From NCBI GenBank assembly GCA_002269645.1, contig NIVC01002854.1, positions 1-64,000 on the forward strand: a stretch of DNA of 64,000 nucleotides, given 5' to 3'. The notes below the pieces were generated by a model. The model was not told the DNA's origin, searched no databases, and worked only from the letters and a program-made list of their open reading frames with translations. The position numbers and the translations under genes were made by a program. This document shows, piece after piece, positions 49,001 through 59,760 of the stretch. Origin of the DNA: Macrostomum lignano. Lineage: Eukaryota. Within the stretch, counting starts at the first letter, position 1. Each line of letters opens with the position of its first letter.

Positions 49001-51040
49001 ACTCAGTTGCAGCTGTCGAACAAGGAATGAATGGCGCGGGTTCTGCAGCTCCTGACAAAGTGGCTGTAGTGCGTCCAAATATGCATTGAATTCCTTGATT
49101 GGATTTACTTCAGCTTGTCGAACTTTATTTTGTACTGCTTCCAATTGGCTGTAGCGCTCAAGTCGATGTTGAAAACCCAGCAGCTCAGACACTGACACTG
49201 GGGTGTTATGACGATTTGCAATAACAGAAAAGTCGGACATGACTGAAATTGAGCATTCAACTCTTAGTTCCCAAAGAAGGACAAATCGCACACATGATTC
49301 GTCACGCTGCACTATCCACTCATTTGCAACGAAGTCAAGGGTGGCAGATTTCTCAACAAAGGAACTCCATGAGTGAATCCGATCAGTCTCATTGAATGAG
49401 TCCATTTCATCAGCAATTTGAGCCCGCTGGTTTAACAGAATACCGCGGCGTTGAACATCTCTAGAGTGCTCTGAAGTAAGAATAATAATATGTAAGGTAT
49501 GAAATCAGACAAAAACTTAATTAAGTAAAATATTATAGAAAGCCTATCATTTGGTACAAACTGTAATATTTAACCTTGCTATGAGATATACTTACTTGGC
49601 TCAGTCAGGCGAAGAGAGCCTGTTGGAAGATTTGGGAATACACTTGGTGGGTCCATAGGGCGCATGAATCGCTTGACCTTTAACATTGGTGCATTTGTTG
49701 GCCAATGTTTTTGGCAAATGCCCATGTATTTAGATGGACTCTAAAACAGTAAGTATTATATCATATTGTACTAATGTTCCATTAGCATGTGAATTAAGCA
49801 AGACAAGAATATGCAATAGCAGCAATAGCACCATACCTTAACATTTGGTGGCAAAGCTCGGATCCACATGCTGTAGTCTTCTTTATCCTTTGGAAAGCTA
49901 TACACTGTCACCTTCTCACCAGATTTGTAGTTACTTGTACACTTTGGAAGACAGCATTTCATTGGCATTGCAGAAATTCTGAAGCTAACAAAAAGAAATA
50001 TATACAGCTTCTATACATTATATCTAGTAAAAAAATTGCTACAATACTGTATTGCTTTTATCCCAACAGGCCAATATAATCAATTCTATACTAAATCACT
50101 TCAATAGTATTACTAAAGTTGAAAATTTGTCTTCTAAAGTCTATTATACGCATTTTCCTTTAGAATCACTTTCTATATATAAATATTTATATTTTAAATT
50201 CAATGCAAGGCCTGAGTATTGAATATATCTTGGTTCCATTAAACTAGACTAGGTTAAAAAACTGCTCTCCAAACAGCAGAAATAAATTCAATATGTTGTT
50301 AGGCCTATCATTTAAATAAAATATAAAGTTTCAAGACAAGTCTGAAAATAGAACTTTTGTATCCAGTAGAACCGTTTAAGAAGCCTAATCTACAGATATT
50401 TGACAGAATAGTAAAATTAGTACCTTCTATACAATATGCAAGTATCTAATATCTATCTACCTTCAAATTAAGAATAATACTTTATAACGATCTACTCATA
50501 AACTAATCAGTAGGTCCTTTCTACACAACATTTTTGTAGAACATGCTAAAAAAGCATAGTAGGCCCTAGATATTATTATATATCAGGCATAGCCAGGGTA
50601 TAGACTAACATTTAATATAGAATGTCTATAGCTAATTTAAATTTACCAAAAAAATAAAGACATAGAAAGCAGTCATCATAGAATGCTAAAGAAACTACTG
50701 ATTATTGAGAGAAACTAACACTTTAATCCAACCTTTAACATTTAACATTACAGAATTGAAAACCCTCGAAAAAATACGAAGTATTTAAAAGTAAACGTGT
50801 CAAGGACACTAACTTGGCGAAATACAATAGAGGAGCGAATACACTAGGTCTTTTTGATAAGTTTCAGCAGTTTTTTCTTTTCAGCAGGGTTGTAGTCAGT
50901 CTGAGCAAGCCATTGAAGATGAAAATCGTGAATTTTTTGTATCTCGTTAATGTATTTTTCGGCGAAAATTGGCCTTCAAAAAAAATTACACGAACCGCGA
51001 GTGCAGCGTCCTTCTATAAACGATACTTAAGTAGTCCTTG
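46025..51040 (-). mobile_element. P-superfamily (THAP) DNA transposon
   Basis: CAAGGACTACTTAAGTA termini inverted at both ends and an 8-bp TSD GTTCATGA (46017-46024 and 51041-51048). Confidence 0.95.
47034..49968 (-). pseudogene. THAP9/P-element transposase; exons 49968-49837, 49740-49596, 49470-47812, 47686-47034; one frameshift in exon 2
   Basis: THAP C-x4-C..FP..W..ICQKHW..PPSVF; catalytic-region motifs IIFDEVY, LICDNH, LFDTVHLFKNIRNN and SDRLEAEF..RQGHGG. GT-AG introns in phases 0, 1 and 1 restore the frame. Confidence 0.9.
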
Positions 51041-51312
51041 GTTCATGACTCAGTCAACAGCGTTGCATGATCAAATCAAAGTAAGAATTACTGCAAATAA
51101 AGTCTTTGTAGACTTAGTTTTTACCGAATGGCAGAAATCGGTGAGAAGAATCAGTCGTCTTGAGGGAGTACACAATCTTCCTGATATTGATACTGTTGAA
51201 GCAGAATCTACTGCTCGTCCGGTCATTTCTACAGATGAAATTACCAAAGAGAAAATAACAGATATTTCAACCAGATAGTTTTATAATTTTTTTATTTTTT
51301 CTAGGGAAAAAA

Positions 51313-52055
51313 ATGGCCCAACAAAATTCTCTATACGATCAGTCTCAATACGCTGAACCTAAAATACCGACAGCACCAAACTCAATGGCACCGAATTCGA
51401 ACACACAAAACCTGGCACCAAGCCTGAATGCACCGAATCTGAATGCACCTACTGTAAATATTCAGACCGACTTTACCCCGTCATTACTTGTAACTCTCAA
51501 CAATTTCGATTGGTGGAGATTCAAAAAATGCGAGATGACATTGAAAAAAATATTTTCCACAACACAAAGAAAATTAAGCGCTATGACAACCACTGTAAAT
51601 TTTTCGACTACAGCAATATGATTCTAGGATCTGTGTCTGTTCTATCTGGATCTGCTGCAGCTGTCTCAACGTTGCCAGTCATCACAGCCCCAATCGCAAT
51701 CCCGCTCGGCTCTGTGGGTGCTGCATGTGGACTTATTTCAGCAATTACTGGAGCATTAGCGCGAAACAGGCGAAAAAAACTAAAGCAGCTACAGGAGAAG
51801 CAAGTAAAAGAGACAGGGGTGCACACATCAATCATAGGGTACATTTCAAGGGCAATCGAGGATAAGTTCATTTCAGAGGATGAGTTCAAAACCATTCAGG
51901 ATCTTTATGAACAATCAATTCGAATGAACTTGAACATGGTCGGTACTGATGACATGAGTCAGTTGAGAAATGAACTCGAGAAAGTTCTTCAACATTATGC
52001 GGAAAGAAAGTCGGAAAGAAATTCGGCAAGAAGGACGACGAGAAATGCACAATGA
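51313..52055 (+). pseudogene. Polinton transmembrane protein (PW-like putative membrane-active protein); one frameshift near 51505
   Basis: (F)RLVEIQKMRDDIE..two hydrophobic segments..ISRAIEDKFISEDEFKTI resembles the conserved Maverick/adintovirus TM ORF. Confidence 0.65.
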
Positions 52056-52059
52056 ACCC

Positions 52060-52461
52060 TTATGAAGCACAGGTAAGAATAATTTCCTTGTAGGTCTTTC
52101 GCGTTTTAGTCATTGCATACAAAACAGTCATGCACAGCTCACCGCAAATATCACTGCTAAGACCTTGGAGAATAAAGTCTGAGCGATAAATTTCTTTATT
52201 ATTTTTTCCCTTCATATAATTTCTTAGCTCTTCTGGTACTGCCGTCCCATAGCTATCGAAGTAATAACACTTGTGCTTGCGATCGGGATCAATCACCCAG
52301 CAAACCCAATGAGATCCTGACTTGTCGGTGGTGTCAAAGTTCATGATGCCGCATTCTTTTCTTAGAGGAAAATCAGGCAGAGTGTCCCTCATAAATATTC
52401 CTCTAAAGTTTGGGATTTCCAGTTCGTTAGCCAAATCTTCAAGAAAGTTATTTGTCGTCAT
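52060..52461 (-). CDS. Adenain-like (C5-related) maturation cysteine protease, intact
   Basis: GSHWVC (His), YYFDSYG (Asp) and Q..SDICG (Gln/Cys). Confidence 0.92.
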   Translation of the reverse strand: MTTNNFLEDLANELEIPNFRGIFMRDTLPDFPLRKECGIMNFDTTDKSGSHWVCWVIDPDRKHKCYYFDSYGTAVPEELRNYMKGKNNKEIYRSDFILQGLSSDICGELCMTVLYAMTKTRKTYKEIILTCAS

Positions 52462-52505
52462 TTTTATGAGGTTTATTAAACTTTCTCTTAAACCTAAACC
52501 TAATC

Positions 52506-55500
52506 TCAACCTCCTAAACCTAATCTCCAGTGCCCGAACGGTAGACTGTTAATATTGCCATCAAAAATGAATCTCTTGTTATCTGCACCTGACAGTCCAA
52601 TCTTCTTCTGCTGAATTGTGTGAATAATATGGTTTTTAGATTGTAGCTTTGAGAACTCATGTGATGTCTTTTTGTTGCAATCCAAGGCGTCTCTGTATTC
52701 AGCTTCATTAATTTCCTTCCTAACCACGCGTTTCGGAATTCCCTTTGATTTTTTAATTGGGTCTGACGACTCACATTTTACAAAATAGGACTTTGCTCTC
52801 AACCCAATGAATTCAGTGATTATGTCACCAGCAATCTCGTCATTCATTTTCCCAATCACTTTCTTGTTAGTGGCGTCAAACACTTGATCGCCATTCTGTG
52901 TCCTGAAAGATTCATCATACTCAGACAAGTCAAACAAATCTTTTTGCTGCAGCATGTCCTGATAAATGTCTTCTGTTTGAATGTCCATAATAAAACTGTC
53001 TGTGTCGGTGTACAAGAGTTTCATTTTATCCTTATACTGCTGCTTCATGCCATAGAAGAACTGGTACATCAGACGTTTTGATTCGTCGAGAACAGTGACA
53101 CCTGTATAGATCGGCTTGCGCAGCGTCACCTTGGTTTTGTAAAATATGATCACACCTAAGTAGCTATTAAAGATATGGAGTTCTTTGAATATTGGCTTTG
53201 ACATATTTGCCTGAATAACAGCAGGCTCTGATGAGGTAACAAGTTTCAGGTTTGTTCTTTTCCGCTCATTCTCAAGAGTCTTGCCATAGACAGAGTTGTT
53301 TGCCAACTTAAAGAGGTTCTTGTCAAAGTCGTTGGTTGCTTTGGTCCTAAACTGGGTGTTCTTATCAATGTAGGGTTTCATCCACGCTTCCTCTGTAAAT
53401 GTAAGAGCCCTGTGAACTTTGGTGACCCTGCAACCAAGTGAGATAAAATACTGAAGCAGTTTGTAATGAATTTTGTAACGTGTCTTGTTGTTTAGATTCT
53501 GTGTTAGTTTCTCTGTATGTTCTTTTTCTGTTCCTGACAGGTGCCAAGTTCCATTATTATCATTGGGAGTTTCGATTATTTTCGGGCACTTGATGTTCTC
53601 TGGGAAGGGTGGAAAGTCAGAGAAATAGTCGTGAAGCTCTGGTGGAATGTAAACATCAACCTCATAAATGGCAGCCTAAGAAAAGTCTTATTTGATTCTG
53701 ATAGCCATCCAAAATCTCTAACTGGAAGATCTTGACTCATCGCCCACCCGTAGAGATTATTAGCGTCCAAGTAAGTAATGTAGTTTGAGGGCTGCTCCTT
53801 ATTGTAAGATTCAATGTAGGGATTGTTTGCTTTTGCATACCTGTTAAGGCAAATTGAGATCCCACCTCGCTTTGACGATTCGACAAAATTGTACATGTCA
53901 ATGTCTGTAAGAAGTTCAATGTACCAATCTGGATCTTGATCCCTTTTCATTTTAAGCAAAGATTCCCAGCTAGTGGCAGGCAGAGACACATAATGTGCTG
54001 GATCGAGGCCATATGCTGTGTACCAGGTGTATCTGAAGGTTTCAAACACATCAGCCAGCAGAAACACATCTGTGAAGAGGTAAAGCAGGTGATACTGGAA
54101 GAAGTTTTGACAATTAAAGTAATTATAGACATGCTTCGCGTGCTCATAGTCTTTGTCAGAGATTCCAGAGTCTGTTAGCTTTGAAAAGAACTTCTCCTGT
54201 GGTGGTAAACCTTCTTCAAATACGTGATACCCAGTAATATTTTCATAGGGGTAGAAGCCTTTCTTTCTTAAAAGTTTAAATGATTCATCATTGTTGTTAA
54301 TTTTACTTGCAAATATCTTTGTATATGTACATTGTTCCTCTTTTAGATTCTTGCTTAGTTCGTCTAGACTGGCAGCTAGAAATTGAAATGAATCCTTCAG
54401 TCTTATTTTACCTTCACTCGAACCTTTAACCGAATTATCCTGTTTAATATCAACACACTTAAACTTCTCCTTGTTCTCTGCGATGCAGTCAAGGTGTATG
54501 TCTTGAATCATGCCGATTTTTTAAACTATTAAGTGCATGTCATAGTTCTTTGCGTTGTGACAAAATATCGTTAGATCATGAATGTTCGATTTTAGCTTTA
54601 GATTACAGGTGTTATGCGCTGCACCTCTAAATTTCCCAGTATAGTGGCAGTGGTCCCTAACGGTGGGGTTTTTAAAATCAGTGCAAGTTAACTGTTTCCT
54701 GCAGATGTGGCAATGAGTTGCTGATAGGAAATTGCTTTCATCCTCCTCAGTCATCATTATTGGAACAGGCTGAAGGGTGCTAATCACTTTTTGCAACTCT
54801 AACATTCTGGCAATAAACTGCTCCACACACTGCTCCAAAGAAATAATTATACTCAACAAGTCCTTTTGTATTAATAAAGGCATATGCTACTGAATTGGGG
54901 ACATGTTTTTGAGTTTCTGGCATGATTGAGCATTCGAAATCAGCATATACAACAAATGGGAGCTTCTCCATCTTGTGATAGTTCTTAAAACGGAGATACT
55001 TCTCTTCAGCTGAAGGAAGAGAGCAGTTGGTGGGGTGATCCTCACATGATAATTCATGCTCTGATAGTTTTTCAATGCGCTCAGGTCCACTGTAATGCTT
55101 AAGGCACAAGCGGCAGATGGCAACAGCCTCGTGATGATTATTCAACTGCTTGTGAATGAGTCTTGAATGATTTTAATCCAAACATAGTGAGCCTCCTCTA
55201 GTAAATTACCAATCACTAGAAGATCCACTTCAGTCCGCCTTTTCCCCTCAGGATCTAAAACGTCTTTGCTACATCTGACCGGTTGAACTTTCTCAGTTTT
55301 TTCACTCCACTCAAAGACTGTGATTCTAATTTTGTTATTAAACACTTCTTCTAGCTTTGGAATCTGAGAGATCGCCAAGCCTCCTTTGTCAAACCTGATT
55401 CCCTTCTTTTCGCATTCGATGAGATAGTAGTTGAAATAATATTGATAATTTGAGGTTCTTTCGGGGTGGTCAGGGACACTATCATGAAGAAGTGCAGAAA

Positions 55501-56347
55501 GAACTGCCCATAGAGCACAGCAATTGTCTTTATTTTTAACATTTATGCAAGCTTTTTTGCTGGCAAGCTTATGCGGGAGCTCTATATAAGAGGAGGCTTT
55601 AAGTGGGTCATATTTCATGACCATGACAGTCGCTCTTTGAATCCCTCCCACGACCCATCCGGAACCTCTGGATGTAAACGCTTCAATTTTCTTAGTGACA
55701 TCTTGAAGGAAAGGATCCAGTGTGTCTGTAGGTGTGAAAGGCTTTGCCTTTGTTGTCATGTAATACTCGAGATGTTCAGTGGGTTTTGCAGGCATATAAA
55801 ACGCAATCTTGAATGATATCTGTAGTTTAAAGGTCTTGCGTGTTTTGAGTGTGTGATCAACAACTGATTGGATGCTGTCTTTATAGTCGTAGATGTTTGC
55901 GGTGGTGCCGTTTATTGGGATTGTGTACTCTATGTAATGTTCTGTAAACTTCCTCTGTGCAAAATTAATCTCTTCAATGGCAAGCTCCGACTCTTTTAAA
56001 TGGATTAATTGCTCTAATTTCTCTTGTTCCTGCTTATTTTGTGGGTACTTTGCTTTTTCACCAGTGAGAGTTTCATATTTGTTAACTAAGTTGCGACTCC
56101 TCTCTTGGTGTTCCTTTGCAGGATTTTTTATAGGCGCATACTGGTTGGATTCTAATTGGTTAATGATTTCCAACTGTTTTTCATAGCTTCCCAGGTGACC
56201 AGGGTCGGTGTTGAACTTTTGTTTGCATGCTTCTCTTAGTAAATAACTTTTGTCTTGAAATGAGACGCCTTGTAAGGTTGTAGGGTAGAGTAAATGAGAC
56301 GAAAAATATTTGTTGACTAAATCTTTTGCTGGATTGGCTTTTGGCAT
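52506..56347 (-). pseudogene. Protein-primed family B DNA polymerase, broken by several frameshifts and stops
   Basis: N-terminal GSGW region, VVYADFE exo I, FCHNAKNYD exo II, YLDANNLYGWAM (A), KLANNSVYGK (B) and YTDTDS (C), with an inserted VRDHCHYTGKFRGAAHNTCN endonuclease-VII-like motif. Confidence 0.95.
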
Positions 56348-56471
56348 TTTTTTCTCTGAAATATAAAAAAAAATTGAGGGTGACCACCCTGATAAAAAAG
56401 TTTAACTGTTTCTACATCCTATCAGTAGCTTTAGGTTTATGAAGCTGGATAAAGTGGGGTTTTAAACCTCA

Positions 56472-56927
56472 TCACATGCGCATTATTGTAAACCCAGCAT
56501 TGTGCAGTGTCATGATGGCTTTGACAATGTCAGACTTGCTTACAGAATTTTCATGCTTACAAGCATCATGATCATCACAATCGGGGCAGCCCTCTCCTGC
56601 CTTAATTGTTATACCTTTGTCTCTTGCAATCTTTTGTAATTCTAGCTGGTGGGCTCTATCATTCCCAGCTTTAACAGCAGTTGCTACACCTCCAGCTACA
56701 CCACCTGCGGCACTTACAGCGCCTGCAATGATTGGGATAAGAGCTGCTAATGGTAGGATTCCTCCTGACTTTTCATCTGTGATGCTGTGTCTTTGTTCAT
56801 TACATTGAACTATTTGCTGTATGGGATCGATTTTTACTTTGGCACCTTTAATTGATATAAGACCTGGTCTCTTTGATTCAATGATTTTATTGAGTTTACT
56901 GATGGTTCTGGTTTCAATCTTTGCCAT
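56472..56927 (-). CDS. Adenovirus pX-like small virion protein
   Basis: SGG|ILPLAALIPIIAGAVSAAGGVAGG resembles the adenovirus pX C-terminal GGILPLLIPLIAAAIGA segment that follows a protease site. Confidence 0.7.
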   Translation of the reverse strand: MAKIETRTISKLNKIIESKRPGLISIKGAKVKIDPIQQIVQCNEQRHSITDEKSGGILPLAALIPIIAGAVSAAGGVAGGVATAVKAGNDRAHQLELQKIARDKGITIKAGEGCPDCDDHDACKHENSVSKSDIVKAIMTLHNAGFTIMRM

Positions 56928-56943
56928 TTTTTATTTCAATATT

Positions 56944-57960
56944 TTAATTAATTTCTGTGTCAGCTGGTATCACTAGGAGTTCAGCTCTAGTGAATGACCG
57001 TGTGGGGGATTTAGGGTTAAAGGCCTGAGATAAAAAGTAAAACTCTCCAGAGTCGGAGGTAAAATTTCTGTCTATTTTATGTACATCAAGGCTGAAGTAT
57101 GGATCTGTAGCTCTTCTTTTGGTGTCTTTCTCTAGCTCTCCAGGTAGATATAAAAAGCGTAGAAACTCAGAGTTTGTCATTATGTATGGTGATTCAACTC
57201 CTGGAAGCTTAGGGTAGTTCGAGGTGTGTTTTGTGTTGTGCTTGTTGTCTGTTCTATGATATGCCTTAAGTTCGACAGTGTCTTGTTTAATTGCATGGGA
57301 CGGTTTCAATCCAGTCATGCGCGTGACTTCATTGTTCAGTTGCTCTATAACAATGGGGAGTCTTTCTGTCCACTTGGTATAGCACTGCCCCGCACTCAGT
57401 TTGAGTTCTTGCGCTGTCTGCTTAGTGAATAGTCTCTTGGCTAGAGTTAGATTGAATCTCTCAACGTACGCTTGGTCCCTGTGCAGGTCTGTTCTTCCGT
57501 AGCGAATCTTCGTATTTTTCTTTTCCATAAGGGATTTGACTGCACCCATGAATTCCTTACCCAGGTCGGTCATAAGGGTTTGGGGATGTGTGAGCGGAGA
57601 GTTTTTATAAATATCTTGGAGGGCGGCTGCAACTGCTTCTGAATTCTTCGTCTTGAGTGGACGAGCTTCCTTATATCTGGAGGCAATGTCTATTACTGTG
57701 AGAGCATACTTGTAGCCTGAGTCATTGGGGAGAAACAGAAGATCTGCTTGGTGCGCCTCATTAGGTTTATAAATACTGAAATGGGGCCTTTCAAATTTTA
57801 CTGGTGGGAAATAGACTTGAAAGACAGCCTGCTTAGAGAGCCATTTTTCTACTGTAGCTTTTGGTTCCTTACTCAGCTCCATGAGTTTACTAACGGCATT
57901 TTTGCCTACAAAGAATCCTTTGTCGCTGTAGTAGAGTTTTTTAAGTTTCTGATCTGTCAT
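56944..57960 (-). CDS. Retroviral-type (RVE) DDE integrase, intact
   Basis: HQADLLFL..YKYALTVIDIASRY, LMTDLGKEF and VERFNLTL. Confidence 0.95.
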   Translation of the reverse strand: MTDQKLKKLYYSDKGFFVGKNAVSKLMELSKEPKATVEKWLSKQAVFQVYFPPVKFERPHFSIYKPNEAHQADLLFLPNDSGYKYALTVIDIASRYKEARPLKTKNSEAVAAALQDIYKNSPLTHPQTLMTDLGKEFMGAVKSLMEKKNTKIRYGRTDLHRDQAYVERFNLTLAKRLFTKQTAQELKLSAGQCYTKWTERLPIVIEQLNNEVTRMTGLKPSHAIKQDTVELKAYHRTDNKHNTKHTSNYPKLPGVESPYIMTNSEFLRFLYLPGELEKDTKRRATDPYFSLDVHKIDRNFTSDSGEFYFLSQAFNPKSPTRSFTRAELLVIPADTEIN

Positions 57961-57990
57961 TTTTTAAAAAAGAAAATTTTAAATAAAATA

Positions 57991-58482
57991 ATGCAACGCT
58001 CTGGCGGTAACTTAGACTCACATGGACTGATAGAAAATCTTCCTCATCCAAACAAAGGCTGGACACTTCCCGGCTATAAATATTGCGGGCCTTTGAATCC
58101 ACTTGAAATACAGTTAGATAAAAACAATAATACAAATCCTGGGCATGAGCCTGTGAACGAGCTAGACTCTGTCTGCATGTGGCACGACGTTAAAAATAGA
58201 GATTTTCCTGAGGAGAAGAATCGCTGGGACAAAGAAATGCTCAGGAGACTCGACAATGTGGGGATTTCAAGCGGATTTGGTGAGTCGATTGCTAGGAAAT
58301 TAGTCAAGGCGGTTATTTTTGGTAAGACAAAGTTGGGATTAGGAATGGGCGCTGAGGGTGGGTGTTTGGGAAGAGAGGGCGGGTGCACGGGCGGACGCTC
58401 GGGAGCAGGGTTTATTTTGTGCGCTCCAAACGAGGAACTAGGAAGACTGCTGAAAGAGCTGGGGGTTGAGAGAGACGCTTGA
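57991..58482 (+). CDS. Parvovirus-VP1u-like phospholipase A2 domain protein
   Basis: WTLPGYKYCGPLN..PVNELDSVCMWHD..DKEML..KTKLGLG. True start taken as the ATG at 57991; the upstream part of the listed ORF overlaps the integrase antisense. Confidence 0.85.
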   Translation: MQRSGGNLDSHGLIENLPHPNKGWTLPGYKYCGPLNPLEIQLDKNNNTNPGHEPVNELDSVCMWHDVKNRDFPEEKNRWDKEMLRRLDNVGISSGFGESIARKLVKAVIFGKTKLGLGMGAEGGCLGREGGCTGGRSGAGFILCAPNEELGRLLKELGVERDA

Positions 58483-58915
58483 GTCGGGAAGGGTTTAACT
58501 ATTATTCTCAGCCCTGGCCAAACGCGACAGCTGCATTTGAAAAGTTGAGAAGCAGAAGGGGGGGGGTAACTGCTATTTTCTGAGGGAGTGCAAAGTTCCA
58601 CGCGTGCATTCCTTTCCGCTTTGACAACCGGAGGGAAGGAAGCGGGTGGAGGGAATCGATCGCTCGGGAGCTAGTTAAAGCAAGCAAAAAAATTCAGCTC
58701 ATTTTGCTCGCACACGTTCTTCGTCACGCAATACTGCACCGTTGTGGCTGCTGATTTCATTATGTTGTAAGTTTATTCATTTTTTTACTTCCTGATAATC
58801 CTGTGGTAAGAATTGAAAAATCTTTTATTTCGATTAAATCTTTGTTTTTTGTTCACAAAAAATTACGTTCTACGGGACCTACCTAGAAAATCTCCATGGT
58901 CGCCTTGTTGAAGGG

Positions 58916-59146
58916 TTGGATGCCGACGAACGGGTATCAGAGAGAATTCAAGAAGTTCTCCACCATTTCTTCAATGAAAAAGTTGAGAACCAGCGAATTC
59001 GTTCAAGAGCGGCCATGGAGACCCAGGATCGCAACTACGCCATGAGAACTGAAATGGTGTTTGACGAACTTCGCCGATCATTTGTTGCTGATGAAGATTC
59101 ACTTCTTAGTTATCAACAATTTTTTTCTAGGATTTTATCAATGTAA
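58916..59146 (+). CDS. Hypothetical Polinton ORF (possibly the last exon of a spliced gene)
   Basis: The frame is open from about 58850 with protein-like composition and no ATG start; GTAAGT and GTAAGA donor-like sites lie upstream at about 58768 and 58806. Confidence 0.35.
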   Translation: MDADERVSERIQEVLHHFFNEKVENQRIRSRAAMETQDRNYAMRTEMVFDELRRSFVADEDSLLSYQQFFSRILSM

Positions 59147-59517
59147 GCTACTCTTAGTAGTCTTCTAAACACTTTCCTGGATCTCCAGGATTTTTTTCCA
59201 GGATTTTTTTAAACTCGTGCCAAATCCTGACAATACAGGAATTCCTGACAATACAGGAAAGTGCTGTTCACAAAATGACCGGGAGGAAAATCAATATTAT
59301 TCTGGATCCGAAGAATATCGATTTTGGATTTTGCGAGGATCTACAATATCTTGTTCTTTCTCTACCTTCATTCATTTCCAACCTTGCAACTAGCTTGCAC
59401 GTCGCGGAAGAAAATTTTCAGCTGGATAGCCCTGCACACTCAGTGTCTGCTCTTTCCTCCTTATTTCCTCCTGTTTTATGTAAATATACTTGCGAATAAA
59501 TGAACTCAGTATGTTTT

Positions 59518-59760
59518 TTAACGCAATTGCTTAATGATTTCTGCAAAGTTATAGTAGCTGTCGTAATCTTTTACGTAGGTTACTCCATACTTATGAAACC
59601 AGTGTCTTTGAATAGCTAGATTAATATTAGGGACATTGATATCAACACCGGGCCAATATTTTCTCATGTACTCGCTGCATTCTAGTTTGCATTGGTACTT
59701 ACTCTTGTAATTAGGCTCGTGCGCTTTGTAATGAGAACCTGGAGAGACAACTGGAAACAT
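59518..59760 (-). CDS. TIR-encoded ORF, right copy (about 80 aa, open)
   Basis: MFPVVSPGSHYKAHEPNYK..YYNFAEIIKQLR; the stop falls just beyond the inner TIR edge. Confidence 0.55.
   Translation of the reverse strand: MFPVVSPGSHYKAHEPNYKSKYQCKLECSEYMRKYWPGVDINVPNINLAIQRHWFHKYGVTYVKDYDSYYNFAEIIKQLR

Larger units (their letters stand above)
45529..51278 (+). pseudogene. Polinton coiled-coil protein (241 aa reconstructed) split by the P element
   Basis: 45529-46024 plus 51049-51278 is 726 nt and open. The join reads EEFMTQSTALHDQI, matching the internal repeat EEFMTQSTALHDRI. Confidence 0.8.

Noticed and set aside
57748-57990. N-terminal 81 aa of the listed 244-aa ORF
   Set aside because: Antisense overlap of the integrase start; the PLA2 protein plausibly starts at ATG 57991.
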